Shown piece by piece: positions 12,060-22,383 of a DNA stretch of 58,441 bases. Each line of letters starts with the position of its first letter. The first letter of the stretch is position 1. Origin of the DNA: an uncultured Treponemataceae bacterium (GTDB lineage: Bacteria; Spirochaetota; Spirochaetia; Treponematales; UBA12059); assembly GCA_964576835.1 (NCBI GenBank), contig CAZNXK010000005.1, positions 1 through 58,441 of the forward strand, read 5' to 3'. Below the pieces are notes generated by a model. That model made no database searches and was not told where the DNA came from. It saw nothing but the letters and a program-made list of their open reading frames with translations. The translations under genes were made by a program, and so were the position numbers.

Positions 12060-12779
12060 ATGAGCTCTAAGGAAATCGGGGCCAAAGCCGCCACTGTGGC
12101 CAGTCCCACTGAACAGGTAAAATTTGCGGAGCGATTCAATTCGTTCCTTCATGCCAACAGGAAGCTGCTCAGGGCGCTGGGCATCGCTGCCCTGGTTCTG
12201 GCTGTCGGCACAGGCGTCTATTCGACAGTGTCGAGCGCCACTTTCGCCAAGTCGACGGTTGCGCTGGAGCAGCTTGAAAACGACCACGACGCGTGGCTCA
12301 AGGCTGACGAATCGGGGAAGGCGGCCCTCGTGCCGGCCTTGGTCGAGAAGGCCGATGCGGTGATCTCCCGCTACGCCAAGCGCTATGCCGGCGCCAAGGC
12401 GATGATGATAAAGGCCGAGTTGCTGGTGTCCACCAATGATCTCGCCGGTGCGGAAAAAGCCTATGCATCGCTCGCCGCCGCCGTTCCCAAGTCGCACCTG
12501 GCTCCCGTCGCCCTTGCAAACGCGGCCTCAGTCGCGGAAAACCGCGGCGACAACGAGGCGGCCCTCGCGTACCTCGCCAAGGCCGACACGGCGTATCCTG
12601 AAGCTCCGGGAATCGGCAGGGTAGTGCTGTCGATAGGCAGGCTCAATGAGGGGATGAAACAATACGACAAGGCGATGGAGGCGTATAGCCGCCTGATCGC
12701 ATCGGGTGTAGAAAGCGATTGGACAAAGCTGGCCCATGACCGTATAATTCTTCTCAAATCTCTCGGCCTGGTACAGTAG
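12060..12779 (+). CDS. single-pass membrane-anchored TPR-like protein (YfgM-like architecture)
   Basis: TM LGIAALVLAVGTGVY followed by an Ala-rich TPR-like helical region. AAGGAG 7-8 nt upstream of the start. Confidence 0.75.
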   Translation: MSSKEIGAKAATVASPTEQVKFAERFNSFLHANRKLLRALGIAALVLAVGTGVYSTVSSATFAKSTVALEQLENDHDAWLKADESGKAALVPALVEKADAVISRYAKRYAGAKAMMIKAELLVSTNDLAGAEKAYASLAAAVPKSHLAPVALANAASVAENRGDNEAALAYLAKADTAYPEAPGIGRVVLSIGRLNEGMKQYDKAMEAYSRLIASGVESDWTKLAHDRIILLKSLGLVQ

Positions 12780-12800
12780 CTTTCCCCGTGCAGGGTAGCT

Positions 12801-12831
12801 GACAAAGCCCGGCCGATGGCCGGGCTTTGTC
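12801..12831 (+). terminator. perfect 14-bp GC-rich hairpin after the TPR gene (no clear U-tract)
   Basis: gacaaagcccggcc-gat-ggccgggctttgtc, 22 nt after the stop at 12779. Confidence 0.5.
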
Positions 12832-12878
12832 ATAATATCCGTACTATGGTGAAGTCGTCATTTTGAAATTCATGGAGG

Positions 12879-15296
12879 ATGGCAATGCCAAAGAAACGGT
12901 CGAAGATTTTCGAGGCCAGGCGATTCGCTTTCGTGATAGCCATAGCAATATTCGGCATCTGCCTGATTCTTCTTTCGACGACGCGCATTCTGCAGAATAT
13001 CGAAGGACCCGTCCTTGACACGCATTTCAGGCTCAAGACCGTGCGCGAATCGAAGGCCATCCAGGAAGGCGCCGTACTCTCACACCAAAACCTCAAGATA
13101 TCCGACAGTATCCTCATCCTGGGAATAGATCAGAAAACGCTGGCCGAGTACGGCAAGTGGCCGTTCTCGAGGACCTATCATGCCGACCTCATCAACTCTT
13201 TCTCCAGGCTCAAGGACCAGTCAAACCGTGAAAACTCACTTTTCATGGACGTTTTTTTCATAGAACAGGATCCCAACCCGACAAACGACGCATTGCTTGC
13301 GAAGGCCATAGGTGATTCCGGCAAGGTATTCGTCGAGACGGTACTGTCGTCCTATGGCATCATAGAAAAGGACGATCCCATGGAACAGCGACAGAGGGCG
13401 CTGTATGATGGCTGGGGTACTGTCAAGAACGTAAAGGGTGACTGGAAAAAGATCAGTGCCTTCTACGGATTCGAACCGCCGCTCGAACCGCTTGGCAAGG
13501 CATCGGCAGGTTACGGCCACGCCAATTTCCTTTCGGATGAGGATCAGGTATACCGGCGTCAACCCCTGGTGCTTCGCTCGAGCGTTCTCGTGCGAACCAT
13601 CCGGCTCGACGAGCTTGAACCGGGCTTTGCCGTCGATGAGGCCGCTTTCGAGCGTCTCGGGTGGCAGGACGACAGGGGAGGGCTGCACGATATCGATCTG
13701 CCCCTGACACTGGCTTCGCTCGAGCGCCTGAAGACCAGGATGAAAGCCGAGGCTCCGCTGAAGGTCGAGGACAAGGATCAGGACGGTACGCCCGACGACA
13801 GCTACTATATCGTCAGGCAGTATCGCGACAGTTTCGTTCCGGCCATCACCCTGTCCCTGGCTCTCCAGTATTTCAACCGCGGACTGGACGACGTCGAGGT
13901 GGTCGCCGGGTCGCATATCCTGATTCCCTCTCCTATGCAGCGTGACCCTGAGTCGGGTGAACTCGTCCCGTATTCGATACAGACGGAACCCGAGCAATAC
14001 GACAAGGATGGCAATATAGTAGCCGAGGGCAAGCGCAGGATTGTGCCGGAGCTACGTATCCCCATCAACGAACGCGCGCAGATGTTGGTCAACTTCATGG
14101 GCTATCGATCCAGTCCGACGTCCGATGGCGTGCAGACTTTCCCGGTCAGGTCTTTCGCCGCGTACGCAAATCGTGATCCGGGTCCTGACCCCGACGCATG
14201 GCGGAAAACGCTCGCGGTCAAGAACAAGGTACTGATGGTGGGAGCCTTCGCCGCCGGCGTCGCCGAAGACGAGAAGCCCACTCCGCTGGGCATAATGTTC
14301 GGAATAGAGATGCACGCCAATGCACTCAATACCATACTGATGGACAATTTCATCCACCAGGCGCCGCCCTGGATCGACATGGCGGTACTAGCCGCGGCGT
14401 TGTTGCTGATTGCGTTCATAAGCTCCAGGCTTCCGGCCATCGCCGGGATGTTCATCACCATGGCGGCCATGGCAGTCTACTTCTTCGCCGTCAATATGAT
14501 ATTCGACTCCAGGGCGTACCTGCTCAATTTTTCCACCCCGGCGCTGGCTTCCATCATGACGTTCGTTTCGGTCGTCGTGTACCGCGTCTTTACCGAAGAG
14601 CGCGACAAGCGCTTGATACGCGATACTTTCGGAAAATACCTTAGCCCGAGGGTGGTCGAGGAACTCGCCACCAATCCGCCGGAACTGGGAGGAGTAGACA
14701 AGGATCTGACGGTATTCTTCTCCGACATCCGTGGATTCACGACCCTGTCCGAGAACATGACTTCCCAGGAGCTGGTCAATCACCTGAACATCTACTTCAC
14801 GGCGATGACCGATCTCGCGATTCAGTATATGGGTACCCTCGACAAGTATATCGGCGACGCGATGATGGCTTTCTGGGGCGCGCCGTTGCCGCTCCAGAAC
14901 CACACGGAACTTGCCTGCAAATGCGCTCTCAAGCAGATGAAGGTGCTGGAGGAGCTGAACAAGAGCTGGCCCGAGGCCAAGCACATACGAATCGGCATCG
15001 GCATCAATTCCGGGATAATGACCGTCGGCAACATGGGCTCAAAGCAACGGATGAACTACACGTTGATGGGAGACAACGTCAACCTCTGTTCGCGTCTCGA
15101 GGCGACGAACAAGGAATACGGCACAAGCATCATAATCAGCGAATTTGCATACGCACACGTCAAGGACAAGTTCGTGGTAAGGGAGCTCGACAACATCCGC
15201 GTCAAAGGAAAAAACAAGCCGGTACTCATATATGAGTTGGTGGATTGCCTCGAGTCCATCGAACCACCTTCCAAAGAACATGGCAAGAAGGTCTGA
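12879..15296 (+). CDS. CHASE2 sensor domain-containing class III adenylate/guanylate cyclase
   Basis: N-terminal TM, ~400-aa extracytoplasmic CHASE2-like region, TM cluster, then cyclase domain (VFFSDIRGFTTLSE...KYIGDAMMAFWGAP...GINSG...GDNVNLCSRLE). The real start may be ATG 12885, 6 nt after GGAGG. Confidence 0.88.
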   Translation: MAMPKKRSKIFEARRFAFVIAIAIFGICLILLSTTRILQNIEGPVLDTHFRLKTVRESKAIQEGAVLSHQNLKISDSILILGIDQKTLAEYGKWPFSRTYHADLINSFSRLKDQSNRENSLFMDVFFIEQDPNPTNDALLAKAIGDSGKVFVETVLSSYGIIEKDDPMEQRQRALYDGWGTVKNVKGDWKKISAFYGFEPPLEPLGKASAGYGHANFLSDEDQVYRRQPLVLRSSVLVRTIRLDELEPGFAVDEAAFERLGWQDDRGGLHDIDLPLTLASLERLKTRMKAEAPLKVEDKDQDGTPDDSYYIVRQYRDSFVPAITLSLALQYFNRGLDDVEVVAGSHILIPSPMQRDPESGELVPYSIQTEPEQYDKDGNIVAEGKRRIVPELRIPINERAQMLVNFMGYRSSPTSDGVQTFPVRSFAAYANRDPGPDPDAWRKTLAVKNKVLMVGAFAAGVAEDEKPTPLGIMFGIEMHANALNTILMDNFIHQAPPWIDMAVLAAALLLIAFISSRLPAIAGMFITMAAMAVYFFAVNMIFDSRAYLLNFSTPALASIMTFVSVVVYRVFTEERDKRLIRDTFGKYLSPRVVEELATNPPELGGVDKDLTVFFSDIRGFTTLSENMTSQELVNHLNIYFTAMTDLAIQYMGTLDKYIGDAMMAFWGAPLPLQNHTELACKCALKQMKVLEELNKSWPEAKHIRIGIGINSGIMTVGNMGSKQRMNYTLMGDNVNLCSRLEATNKEYGTSIIISEFAYAHVKDKFVVRELDNIRVKGKNKPVLIYELVDCLESIEPPSKEHGKKV

Positions 15297-16030
15297 TGAA
15301 GGCGCCAATCCACGGGCTTGCAGTTGTCGTACTCCTGGCGGCAATGGACATCGCATTGGTGGCATGTGGAATAGACACGTTCGCGACGCTGGCCAATGAT
15401 CCTGTCGCCAAATCGTACGACTCGACATCCTTGCAGTTTCTGGGACCCGCACCGGGTGACGCCTCGTACCTGGGCGTAGAACTATTTTACAGGATTTACG
15501 ATTCCTCTACCGATGCAGAGACTGACCGGGCCTATGTACTGGCAAGACAATCTGCCGAGAATACTGTTCCCGGTTCCGTGATCAAGTCGTACCTGACGGC
15601 GGCGACTCCCGGCGGCCTCAATTATCTCAACCCCGTATTGGTCAACCCGGGTACCGGGTCCAAGATCGACAGCATACCGACCTTGCTCGACGCTGACCTC
15701 GGTTCCGGATCGGCCGACTACTATGTCAACATCGCTTTTCCGACTGATACAGGCACCGAACCGAAGCTGGAAATATTTGACGGGATAGCGGCTCTTCCAA
15801 CCGTTGCATATACGTCGAGGCGCAACGTAACCGATGCAGGAACGTATAAATATTTTAAAGGCGACGAGCCGGTTTCGGGAGACGCCGATTTCAGGACCAA
15901 CAGCGGCGATGTCGACCGCACGTACTATGTGCAGTTCTTTGCCGCGTCATATGGGATCGATTTTACCAGTTTCAGCGAGCTCTACGGGGACGCGGTGTTC
16001 CTTGGCTTGATAACCCTCAGCTTCGAGTGA
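15296..16030 (+). CDS. hypothetical lipoprotein, translationally coupled to the cyclase
   Basis: MKAPIHGLAVVVLLAAMDIALVAC|G signal peptide plus lipobox. The ATG overlaps the cyclase TGA (TGATG). I recognise no family. Confidence 0.65.
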   Translation: MKAPIHGLAVVVLLAAMDIALVACGIDTFATLANDPVAKSYDSTSLQFLGPAPGDASYLGVELFYRIYDSSTDAETDRAYVLARQSAENTVPGSVIKSYLTAATPGGLNYLNPVLVNPGTGSKIDSIPTLLDADLGSGSADYYVNIAFPTDTGTEPKLEIFDGIAALPTVAYTSRRNVTDAGTYKYFKGDEPVSGDADFRTNSGDVDRTYYVQFFAASYGIDFTSFSELYGDAVFLGLITLSFE

Positions 16031-16164
16031 TTCTGTCTGCATGCCGGGCGGGCAGTGGCATTATTCAATATCAACGACTTCCGATAATGTATATTCTGTC
16101 TACCGAAATATGATTAAACATGGTTGAGGGGTATCGCCCGGATTCTGCGAGCAACGATTGCCAT

Positions 16165-18687
16165 TCAACCCTTGCTTGCGATGAATTGCCTGTAGCAATC
16201 GAAGTAAGGTTGCCTGGTGTTATCCGCGGCTTTTGCAAATTGTCGGCTGCGAAGGACAGAAATACGCGCTTTCCGAATCGGAACGCCACTGGCTTTTTCG
16301 AACAATGCAGACAGGCCATACTCGCGCTTGCCGGTGAACGGCAGCAGCAGGTCCACCGTCGTGGCGCCGGAATCGATTGAGAACTCTGAAAGTTGAGGAT
16401 TTCCTTTGGCGACCTCGGCGAGTTTTGCAGCAAGATCCGCCGCCGCAAATCCGGAGTCAAGCACATCGATAAGGAACCGCGACCCCCAGTGCACGGATGA
16501 CAACGACGGAAACTTCTTGCCATCGGCGCATTCGAGGAACTCGAAGAACTTTACTTGCATCTCGCTGTGCAGATGCGCATTGGCGGAAGCAATGCAGGAA
16601 TCGAGCGGGTTTCGCGGCATGCTGGAGAGTATCGCGACGCCATAGTCGTCGCCTGATTCAAAGCCAAGCGACAAAGGCTCCGAAATCTCCAGCCGTGGCA
16701 TTGGATTGAAACCCTGGGAAAACGCCACCGGCAAGCCTGCCCGTTCAAACGCGGAGCACAGCATCGAGTGTACTTCATGGTGTGCGAAGAAAGCTGCCCT
16801 GCCGGTCTTGGAGTAGTTGAAAAGCAAACGGAACCTTATTCCTGAAATTGGAGCCTGGCGGGTGGCGATGCCGATGGATGTGGCTGGACTCTCCGATTCG
16901 AGCTGGCGGATACGGTTGATTATTTCATCGCCGTCAGACAACCCTGCATTGTCTGAACACGCTCCGCAAGGAGCTCCGCATGGATCGGCGCAAGAATCCG
17001 TAAGCATCGAATGCAACGCTCGATCACGTTCCTTGAGCAGGAACCCGCGCGATACACGCAGTGAAATGTCAGACCATGGCAGGCGTTCCTCCGTCGAGCG
17101 TTCAGCGATGCACGAGTCGATACCGAAATCTTCCGATGCCAGAGCCAGGTCCCAGGCGGATTTGTTGAATAGATCGTCCCAAGCGTCAAACCTGGCGCCA
17201 TTTCGGTACGCCGCTACCAGCAAGTCGCCTACCCTTTCGTCGCCCCTGGCAACGATACCTTCAAGCCAGGACAAGAATGGAGCATGGTACGATACCTTGA
17301 CCCTCTTGTCGTTCCTGAAGGTATCCTTGATTTTATAGACCTTCGCCGCAGCGTCCGCAGGCGGAAGCTGGGCACTCCACTGGAAGGGTGTATGGGGTTT
17401 TGGAACAAAAGTAGCGATCGTGACATTTATCTTGATTGCCTGGGCAATCGCAGCAATTTCCCTGATGAACGCGATGATGGCATCCTCTTCGCTCACTGCA
17501 GCGTCTGGAAGTGGCAAGCCGATCATGAAATAGAATTTTGCGACACGATAACCGCGCTTTTCTGCCTCCAGAAGAATGGCCTGTATCTTCTCGAAACCAA
17601 CGCGCTTGTTGAGGGTCATTTGCCATTGCTCCAGCGGTGTCTCAACCGCGAAGGTGAGCCCGCTCTTGCGCGTGCCCGAAAGCTCCTCTATCAGCTCAAG
17701 GGGAAACGATTCGACCTTGAGCGATGGCAGCTGGAACGAGACGCCTTCCGCTGACCATTTCCTGTTGAGGTACGACACGAGTACGGCAATACCCGGATAA
17801 TCGCCGCTGGACAACGACGACAGGCTTATCTCCCGGTGCCCGGCTACCCGTACCTGGATGTCGACGTCCTCGAGGATGCGGTCTACCGAACGCAGGCGTC
17901 GCGGTCGGTAGAAATACCCCGCATGGCAGAACCTGCAACCATTTGGGCAACCACGCATTATCTCGACGACTCCATGGTCCTGGATTGGCTTGACGACAGG
18001 TGTCGGAAACGCATGGCGATAAGGGGCAGTCGAGAAATCGGCAAAGATGCTCCTCACCGTCTTCTTGCCAGGTATCCACATCGCAGGTTCCAAAAGCATT
18101 GCCGCGATCAGATCGGCTCGCTTTGCGCCGGCAAGCTTCTTGGTGCGCAGCCCGGCAATCAACTCGAAGAACCTGTCCTCCGCCTCCCCTATCCACACCA
18201 TATCAAATATCCTGGTGTATGGCGCGGGGTTGGTAATGGCAGGTCCGCCGGCAATAACGATTGGGTGTCTGATCCCGCGGTCACTCGTGTACAGCGGGAT
18301 TCCAGAAAGATCAAGGATGGACAGGATATTTGTGGCGGCCAGTTCGTAGCCAACGGTGAATGCCAGCACATCGAATTCCACGACAGGAGTTCCCGTCTCG
18401 AGCGCGTACAGCGGCGTACTGGTGGATCTGAGCAAAGATTCGTAATCGAGAGCAACAGAGAAGACACGTTCGCATGCCACGCCATCGAGGGCGTTGAGTC
18501 TGGAGTACAGGATTCGCATGGCATTGTTTGCCATGCCTATTTCGTACAGGTCAGGGAAACACAACGCAACACGCAAGTCCGCGTCGTTTTTGACGGTCGA
18601 TCCGTTTTCACCGCCCAGGTAACGCGCAGGCTTCTGTATCCCGGGAAGTTCCGCCTTGAAGACATGACAGGGGTCGATTCTCTTCAC
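16165..18687 (-). CDS. uncharacterised radical SAM protein fused to a radical-SAM-linked DUF2344-type domain (TIGR03960/TIGR03936-like)
   Basis: N-terminus KPARYLGGE. CxxxCxxC (CPNGCRFC, ~17926-17949). C-terminal part IRFRLLFNYSKTGRAAFFAHHEVHSMLCSAFERAGLPVAFSQGFNPMPRLE. GTG start overlaps the rodA TGA. Confidence 0.85.
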   Translation of the reverse strand: MKRIDPCHVFKAELPGIQKPARYLGGENGSTVKNDADLRVALCFPDLYEIGMANNAMRILYSRLNALDGVACERVFSVALDYESLLRSTSTPLYALETGTPVVEFDVLAFTVGYELAATNILSILDLSGIPLYTSDRGIRHPIVIAGGPAITNPAPYTRIFDMVWIGEAEDRFFELIAGLRTKKLAGAKRADLIAAMLLEPAMWIPGKKTVRSIFADFSTAPYRHAFPTPVVKPIQDHGVVEIMRGCPNGCRFCHAGYFYRPRRLRSVDRILEDVDIQVRVAGHREISLSSLSSGDYPGIAVLVSYLNRKWSAEGVSFQLPSLKVESFPLELIEELSGTRKSGLTFAVETPLEQWQMTLNKRVGFEKIQAILLEAEKRGYRVAKFYFMIGLPLPDAAVSEEDAIIAFIREIAAIAQAIKINVTIATFVPKPHTPFQWSAQLPPADAAAKVYKIKDTFRNDKRVKVSYHAPFLSWLEGIVARGDERVGDLLVAAYRNGARFDAWDDLFNKSAWDLALASEDFGIDSCIAERSTEERLPWSDISLRVSRGFLLKERDRALHSMLTDSCADPCGAPCGACSDNAGLSDGDEIINRIRQLESESPATSIGIATRQAPISGIRFRLLFNYSKTGRAAFFAHHEVHSMLCSAFERAGLPVAFSQGFNPMPRLEISEPLSLGFESGDDYGVAILSSMPRNPLDSCIASANAHLHSEMQVKFFEFLECADGKKFPSLSSVHWGSRFLIDVLDSGFAAADLAAKLAEVAKGNPQLSEFSIDSGATTVDLLLPFTGKREYGLSALFEKASGVPIRKARISVLRSRQFAKAADNTRQPYFDCYRQFIASKG

Positions 18688-20006
18688 GAATTATACTTTC
18701 TGGCTCCGATGCCGAGAGAAATGCCTACTCCTATGCAGATGGCCCAAAGTGATGAACCGCCATATGAAAGGAAGAGCAGCGGGATGCCAGTAATCGGCAT
18801 GACGCCCATGGCCATGCCGGCATTGATCATGAAGTGGAAAAGCAGTATGCCGAATATGCCGGCGACGAAGGATGTACAGGAAACGGAGCGCAGGCTTCGA
18901 ATTGAAAAAATCAAACGGATCAGAATATAGAAAAACAACGAGAAAACGACTATTCCGCCAAGAAAGCCGAGCTCCTCGGAAATGATGCTGAATATGAAAT
19001 CGGTGCTCTGCTGGGGAAGGTAACGGTAGTGGCTCTGCGTGCCCTGGAGAAATCCCTTTCCCGAAATACCCCCCGATCCGATTGCCGTTATGGATTGGAG
19101 TATATTCCAGCCCGATCCCAGCGGATCGACGCTTGGATCAAGGAATACAACCAGTCGCATCACCTGATAGTCCTTCAACATGCGCTGCCCGACGATGGAT
19201 GCACCGAGACCAAGGAACAACATCATCGAGACATACGCAGTCCAGTAGTAATAATGCTTCTTGAAGAATCGGTACCCGAGCAACGACAGGATGAGGGCCG
19301 AAATGATGACCAGGAGCGTGAACCAAATGTATGGCGGCTCATACAGGATACGCAGAAGAATGGAGGGCTTCGCGACAATTATCCTTTGCCAGAGCGGCAT
19401 GATGGTCATGAAGATGGCAATGCCGCCGGAAATGATGAAGAACAGCAGGTAACGCTTGTTGATGCCACCTACGTATGCCATGGCAAGGTATAGCGGAATG
19501 AACACAAGCGCCGTGCCAAAGTCAGGCTGCAACAGGATAAGCCCCATCGGCAGGCCGACTATGGCGAAGGACAAGGCGAAACGCTTGAATGTCGACGGCT
19601 CATGGAAGCTGTTCTCGAGGTAGCGTGCGAGCATCAACGCGGTGGCTATTTTCATGAACTCGGAAGGTTGTATTCCGTAGTCGCCGATTATTCCCAGCCA
19701 GGATCGTGCCCCATTGACTACCTTGCCGAAGAAACGGGTATAGACAAGCAGGGCGGCGAAGAATGCGTACAGAAACGGCACGTAATCGGATATGCGCTTC
19801 ATTTCAAGCAGAACCGATACCAGGAGCAACGCAAGACCGGAAACCACCCAGACTATCTGCTTGGCATATTCGGTGGATACTATGTCGCCTGCGCTCGTTA
19901 CGCCGGAAGAATAGATGAAGAGGACTCCTATGGTCATCAGGATGGAAATGGCTATGACAATTGTCCAGTCTATCGATTTGGCCAGGTTCTTCAGCGTTGC
20001 CATCAT
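18684..20006 (-). CDS. rodA: peptidoglycan glycosyltransferase RodA (SEDS family)
   Basis: Multi-TM FtsW/RodA/SpoVE-like sequence (QPSEFMKIA, LQPDFGTALVF, GSGW, LPQQSTDFIFS). Directly downstream of PBP2 with an ATGA overlap. Confidence 0.92.
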   Translation of the reverse strand: MMATLKNLAKSIDWTIVIAISILMTIGVLFIYSSGVTSAGDIVSTEYAKQIVWVVSGLALLLVSVLLEMKRISDYVPFLYAFFAALLVYTRFFGKVVNGARSWLGIIGDYGIQPSEFMKIATALMLARYLENSFHEPSTFKRFALSFAIVGLPMGLILLQPDFGTALVFIPLYLAMAYVGGINKRYLLFFIISGGIAIFMTIMPLWQRIIVAKPSILLRILYEPPYIWFTLLVIISALILSLLGYRFFKKHYYYWTAYVSMMLFLGLGASIVGQRMLKDYQVMRLVVFLDPSVDPLGSGWNILQSITAIGSGGISGKGFLQGTQSHYRYLPQQSTDFIFSIISEELGFLGGIVVFSLFFYILIRLIFSIRSLRSVSCTSFVAGIFGILLFHFMINAGMAMGVMPITGIPLLFLSYGGSSLWAICIGVGISLGIGARKYNS

Positions 20007-21877
20007 TCCACCCTCGCGCCGGCGACGATGATCCTGCCCAGGAGTCCCAGCTTGCCTGCGGCTTCTTCATATGTCTGCCCGGCGAAATATCCCTGGAGCA
20101 CGATGTTGGTCGCGTATGGAGCCCACCATTCCCATGGGTTGCTTGCTTCTATCATGGCAACGACCACGATGGATTCATCAGTATCGACCGCGTCGGCGGG
20201 GCCGTAGCCAACGAACCACGAGTGCCATCGATCGGCAAGACCGACCTCGGCCGTGCCGGTCTTGCCGGCCACCAGCACAGCCTTCGTGCTGAGTGGATAA
20301 TGCGCGGTGCCTACCGAAATGACTCCTCGAAGATATTCCTGCGTTTTCTGGAATGTTTCCTTCGATATGCTCGACGCGATGAGGATCTCCGGGGCGGTCT
20401 TCGTCACGATGGACCCGTCACGCGGATCACGGACTTCCTTGAGCAGATGAGGCTTGTATATGACGCCTTGGTTGACGACCATAGCCATCATGTTCGCCAG
20501 TTGCAGAGGCGTCACGAGCAGATACCCCTGGCCGATGGCTAGATTGAGAGTATCTCCGCCGAGCCATTTCTCGTGGAAACGCCGTTCTTTCCACTGGGGT
20601 GTAGGAACGAAACCCGTGACTTCGCCAGGCAGGTCGATACCAGTCAATTGGCCGAGACCAAATTCCCTCGCATATGAGACGATGCGCTCTATGCCAAGCC
20701 GGTCCCGTCCTACTTCCCAGAAGTAGACATCGCATGACTGGGCCAGCGCTCCGGCAAGATCGAGCCTTCCATGGCCCGGCGTCCGTATCCAGCACCTGAA
20801 AACGCGGTCGCCGTAACTGATTTCCCCGGTGCAGAGTATCTTCTCGTCGAGGGGTATGGCTTTTTCCTCGATTATTCCAGTGGTCATGATTGTTTTGAAA
20901 GTCGACGCGGGAGGATAGCTCGACTGGATCGCACGCTGGATCAGCGGTGTACGGGGGTCAGCGAGAAGTTTAGCGTACTCGTTGTTGCCGCCTTTGTCGA
21001 CGATGGCGTTGGCATTGAAGGACGGATACGACACCAGCGCCAGTATCTCTCCTGTCGACGGCTTGAGGACGACGATCGAACCGATGCGTTCTCCTAGAGC
21101 CTTCTCGGCGAGGATCTGCGTAGCTCGGTCTATGGTAAGCACGATGTTCTTGCCCATCAGTGGCGCTTCGACATCGCGAGAGCCAGGCTCGACCCGTCTG
21201 CCTTTGACATCGACCGTCTTGAACTGTTTGCCGTCCCTTCCGCGGAGAAGACTGTCGTACTGACGCTCGAGTCCGGCCTTGCCGATGATGTCTCCGGACT
21301 GGTAACCCTTGTTGTAGTATATTTTCAACTCGTCACGTGAAATATCGCCTACGTATCCTATGATGTGCGAGAAGCTGCCCGATTCGAGGTAATTGCGTTT
21401 CGGTCTGGAATACCATGAAACCCCGGGGAATTCGTCGATACGCTCCGCGATCCTGAATATTACTGCTTGGCTGACCGACGAGGAAATTTCTACGGGCTGG
21501 AACAGGCGGTAGTAGTTTGGCGGAATGAGGCGACGTATCTCGTCAATCGATTCATCGAGGGCCTCGGCCAGCCTTGAGAATACAGTGTCCCGCATCTCCG
21601 GTGGTATCTCGGCGGGTACGACGACCAACGCAAACGAATCGATATTGAGCACGAGGGGCAGGTTGTAATTCCTGTCATAGATTTCACCTCGCTGCGCGGG
21701 CAGGCGCTCTATCTGCCTCGAAATTGTCACGGCTTTCCTCTGGTACTCGACGCCGCGGATGACTTGCAGGTAGAAAAGGTAGGCCGAGTACGACACGAAG
21801 ACAGTGGCGGCCAATACTACAAGCGTTGCCATTTTAAGGGGGTCATTGCCCTTTGGACTTCCCGAGAAATCGCTCAT
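20003..21877 (-). CDS. mrdA: penicillin-binding protein 2 (elongasome transpeptidase)
   Basis: TM then LQVIRGVEYQRKA. Active-site STFK (PPASTFKT). Start set to ATG 21877 (ATGA overlap with mreD); the 771-aa track ORF runs through mreD. Confidence 0.92.
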   Translation of the reverse strand: MSDFSGSPKGNDPLKMATLVVLAATVFVSYSAYLFYLQVIRGVEYQRKAVTISRQIERLPAQRGEIYDRNYNLPLVLNIDSFALVVVPAEIPPEMRDTVFSRLAEALDESIDEIRRLIPPNYYRLFQPVEISSSVSQAVIFRIAERIDEFPGVSWYSRPKRNYLESGSFSHIIGYVGDISRDELKIYYNKGYQSGDIIGKAGLERQYDSLLRGRDGKQFKTVDVKGRRVEPGSRDVEAPLMGKNIVLTIDRATQILAEKALGERIGSIVVLKPSTGEILALVSYPSFNANAIVDKGGNNEYAKLLADPRTPLIQRAIQSSYPPASTFKTIMTTGIIEEKAIPLDEKILCTGEISYGDRVFRCWIRTPGHGRLDLAGALAQSCDVYFWEVGRDRLGIERIVSYAREFGLGQLTGIDLPGEVTGFVPTPQWKERRFHEKWLGGDTLNLAIGQGYLLVTPLQLANMMAMVVNQGVIYKPHLLKEVRDPRDGSIVTKTAPEILIASSISKETFQKTQEYLRGVISVGTAHYPLSTKAVLVAGKTGTAEVGLADRWHSWFVGYGPADAVDTDESIVVVAMIEASNPWEWWAPYATNIVLQGYFAGQTYEEAAGKLGLLGRIIVAGARVE

Positions 21878-22380
21878 TGGTGAGTTTCCAAGGGGATGAT
21901 GAACCTGTGGGGGGGACCGAGAAGCAGGAAGAGAACGGGAGCGGCCACGGCGTTGTCCCCCGCCTCTATCCAAAGCACGCTGCCGAAAAGATCGTATGAA
22001 AGGATCCTTCCCGGGAAAAAACCGGATAGAAGCATGAGGTACAAGGCTTTGACAATGGTCGCGACCAGGCCGAAGAGCGCTGGCATGAGCAATTTGTCGA
22101 TATAGAATTTTCCCGACAGGAGATTGGCCAGCCATGCGACGGCTACCTTGATGAAGGCGTTCAGCCCAAGAGGACCTGCACTGATGCCGTCTTGCAGCAA
22201 CCCCGCCGCGAAACCCACTGACTGTCCCTGAAGCCCCGGGCTTTTGAACGCTATGTACACGATGACGAGAAGCGTCAAATCGGGAACGACCGATCGAATT
22301 GCGATGTAGTCGAGCCACGTCGACTGCAGGATGATCATGAGCACCACGATGCCGAAAGATACAAACCAGCGTCGCACCAT
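21874..22380 (-). CDS. mreD: rod shape-determining protein MreD
   Basis: Small polytopic membrane protein between mreC and mrdA. Confidence 0.85.
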   Translation of the reverse strand: MVRRWFVSFGIVVLMIILQSTWLDYIAIRSVVPDLTLLVIVYIAFKSPGLQGQSVGFAAGLLQDGISAGPLGLNAFIKVAVAWLANLLSGKFYIDKLLMPALFGLVATIVKALYLMLLSGFFPGRILSYDLFGSVLWIEAGDNAVAAPVLFLLLGPPHRFIIPLETHQ

Positions 22381-22383
22381 CGA

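Noticed and set aside
16031-16164. AT-richer convergent spacer with an 8-nt direct repeat (TTCTGTCT at ~16031 and ~16094) and weak stems, considered as an sRNA, repeat element or bidirectional terminator.
   Set aside because: Stems are only 4-5 bp. The repeat is too short to be meaningful, and there is no promoter-like element.
21878-22318. N-terminal 147-aa extension of the PBP2 ORF. Similar upstream extensions occur for lolD (2220), rpsF (53207), ykgJ (32980), cdsA (44647), dxr (45593), tsf (42477), trmB (56548) and the lipoprotein at 37781.
   Set aside because: The extensions overlap upstream genes or tRNAs and have junk-like composition. The family-typical N-termini begin at internal start codons that are SD-supported or stop-overlapping.
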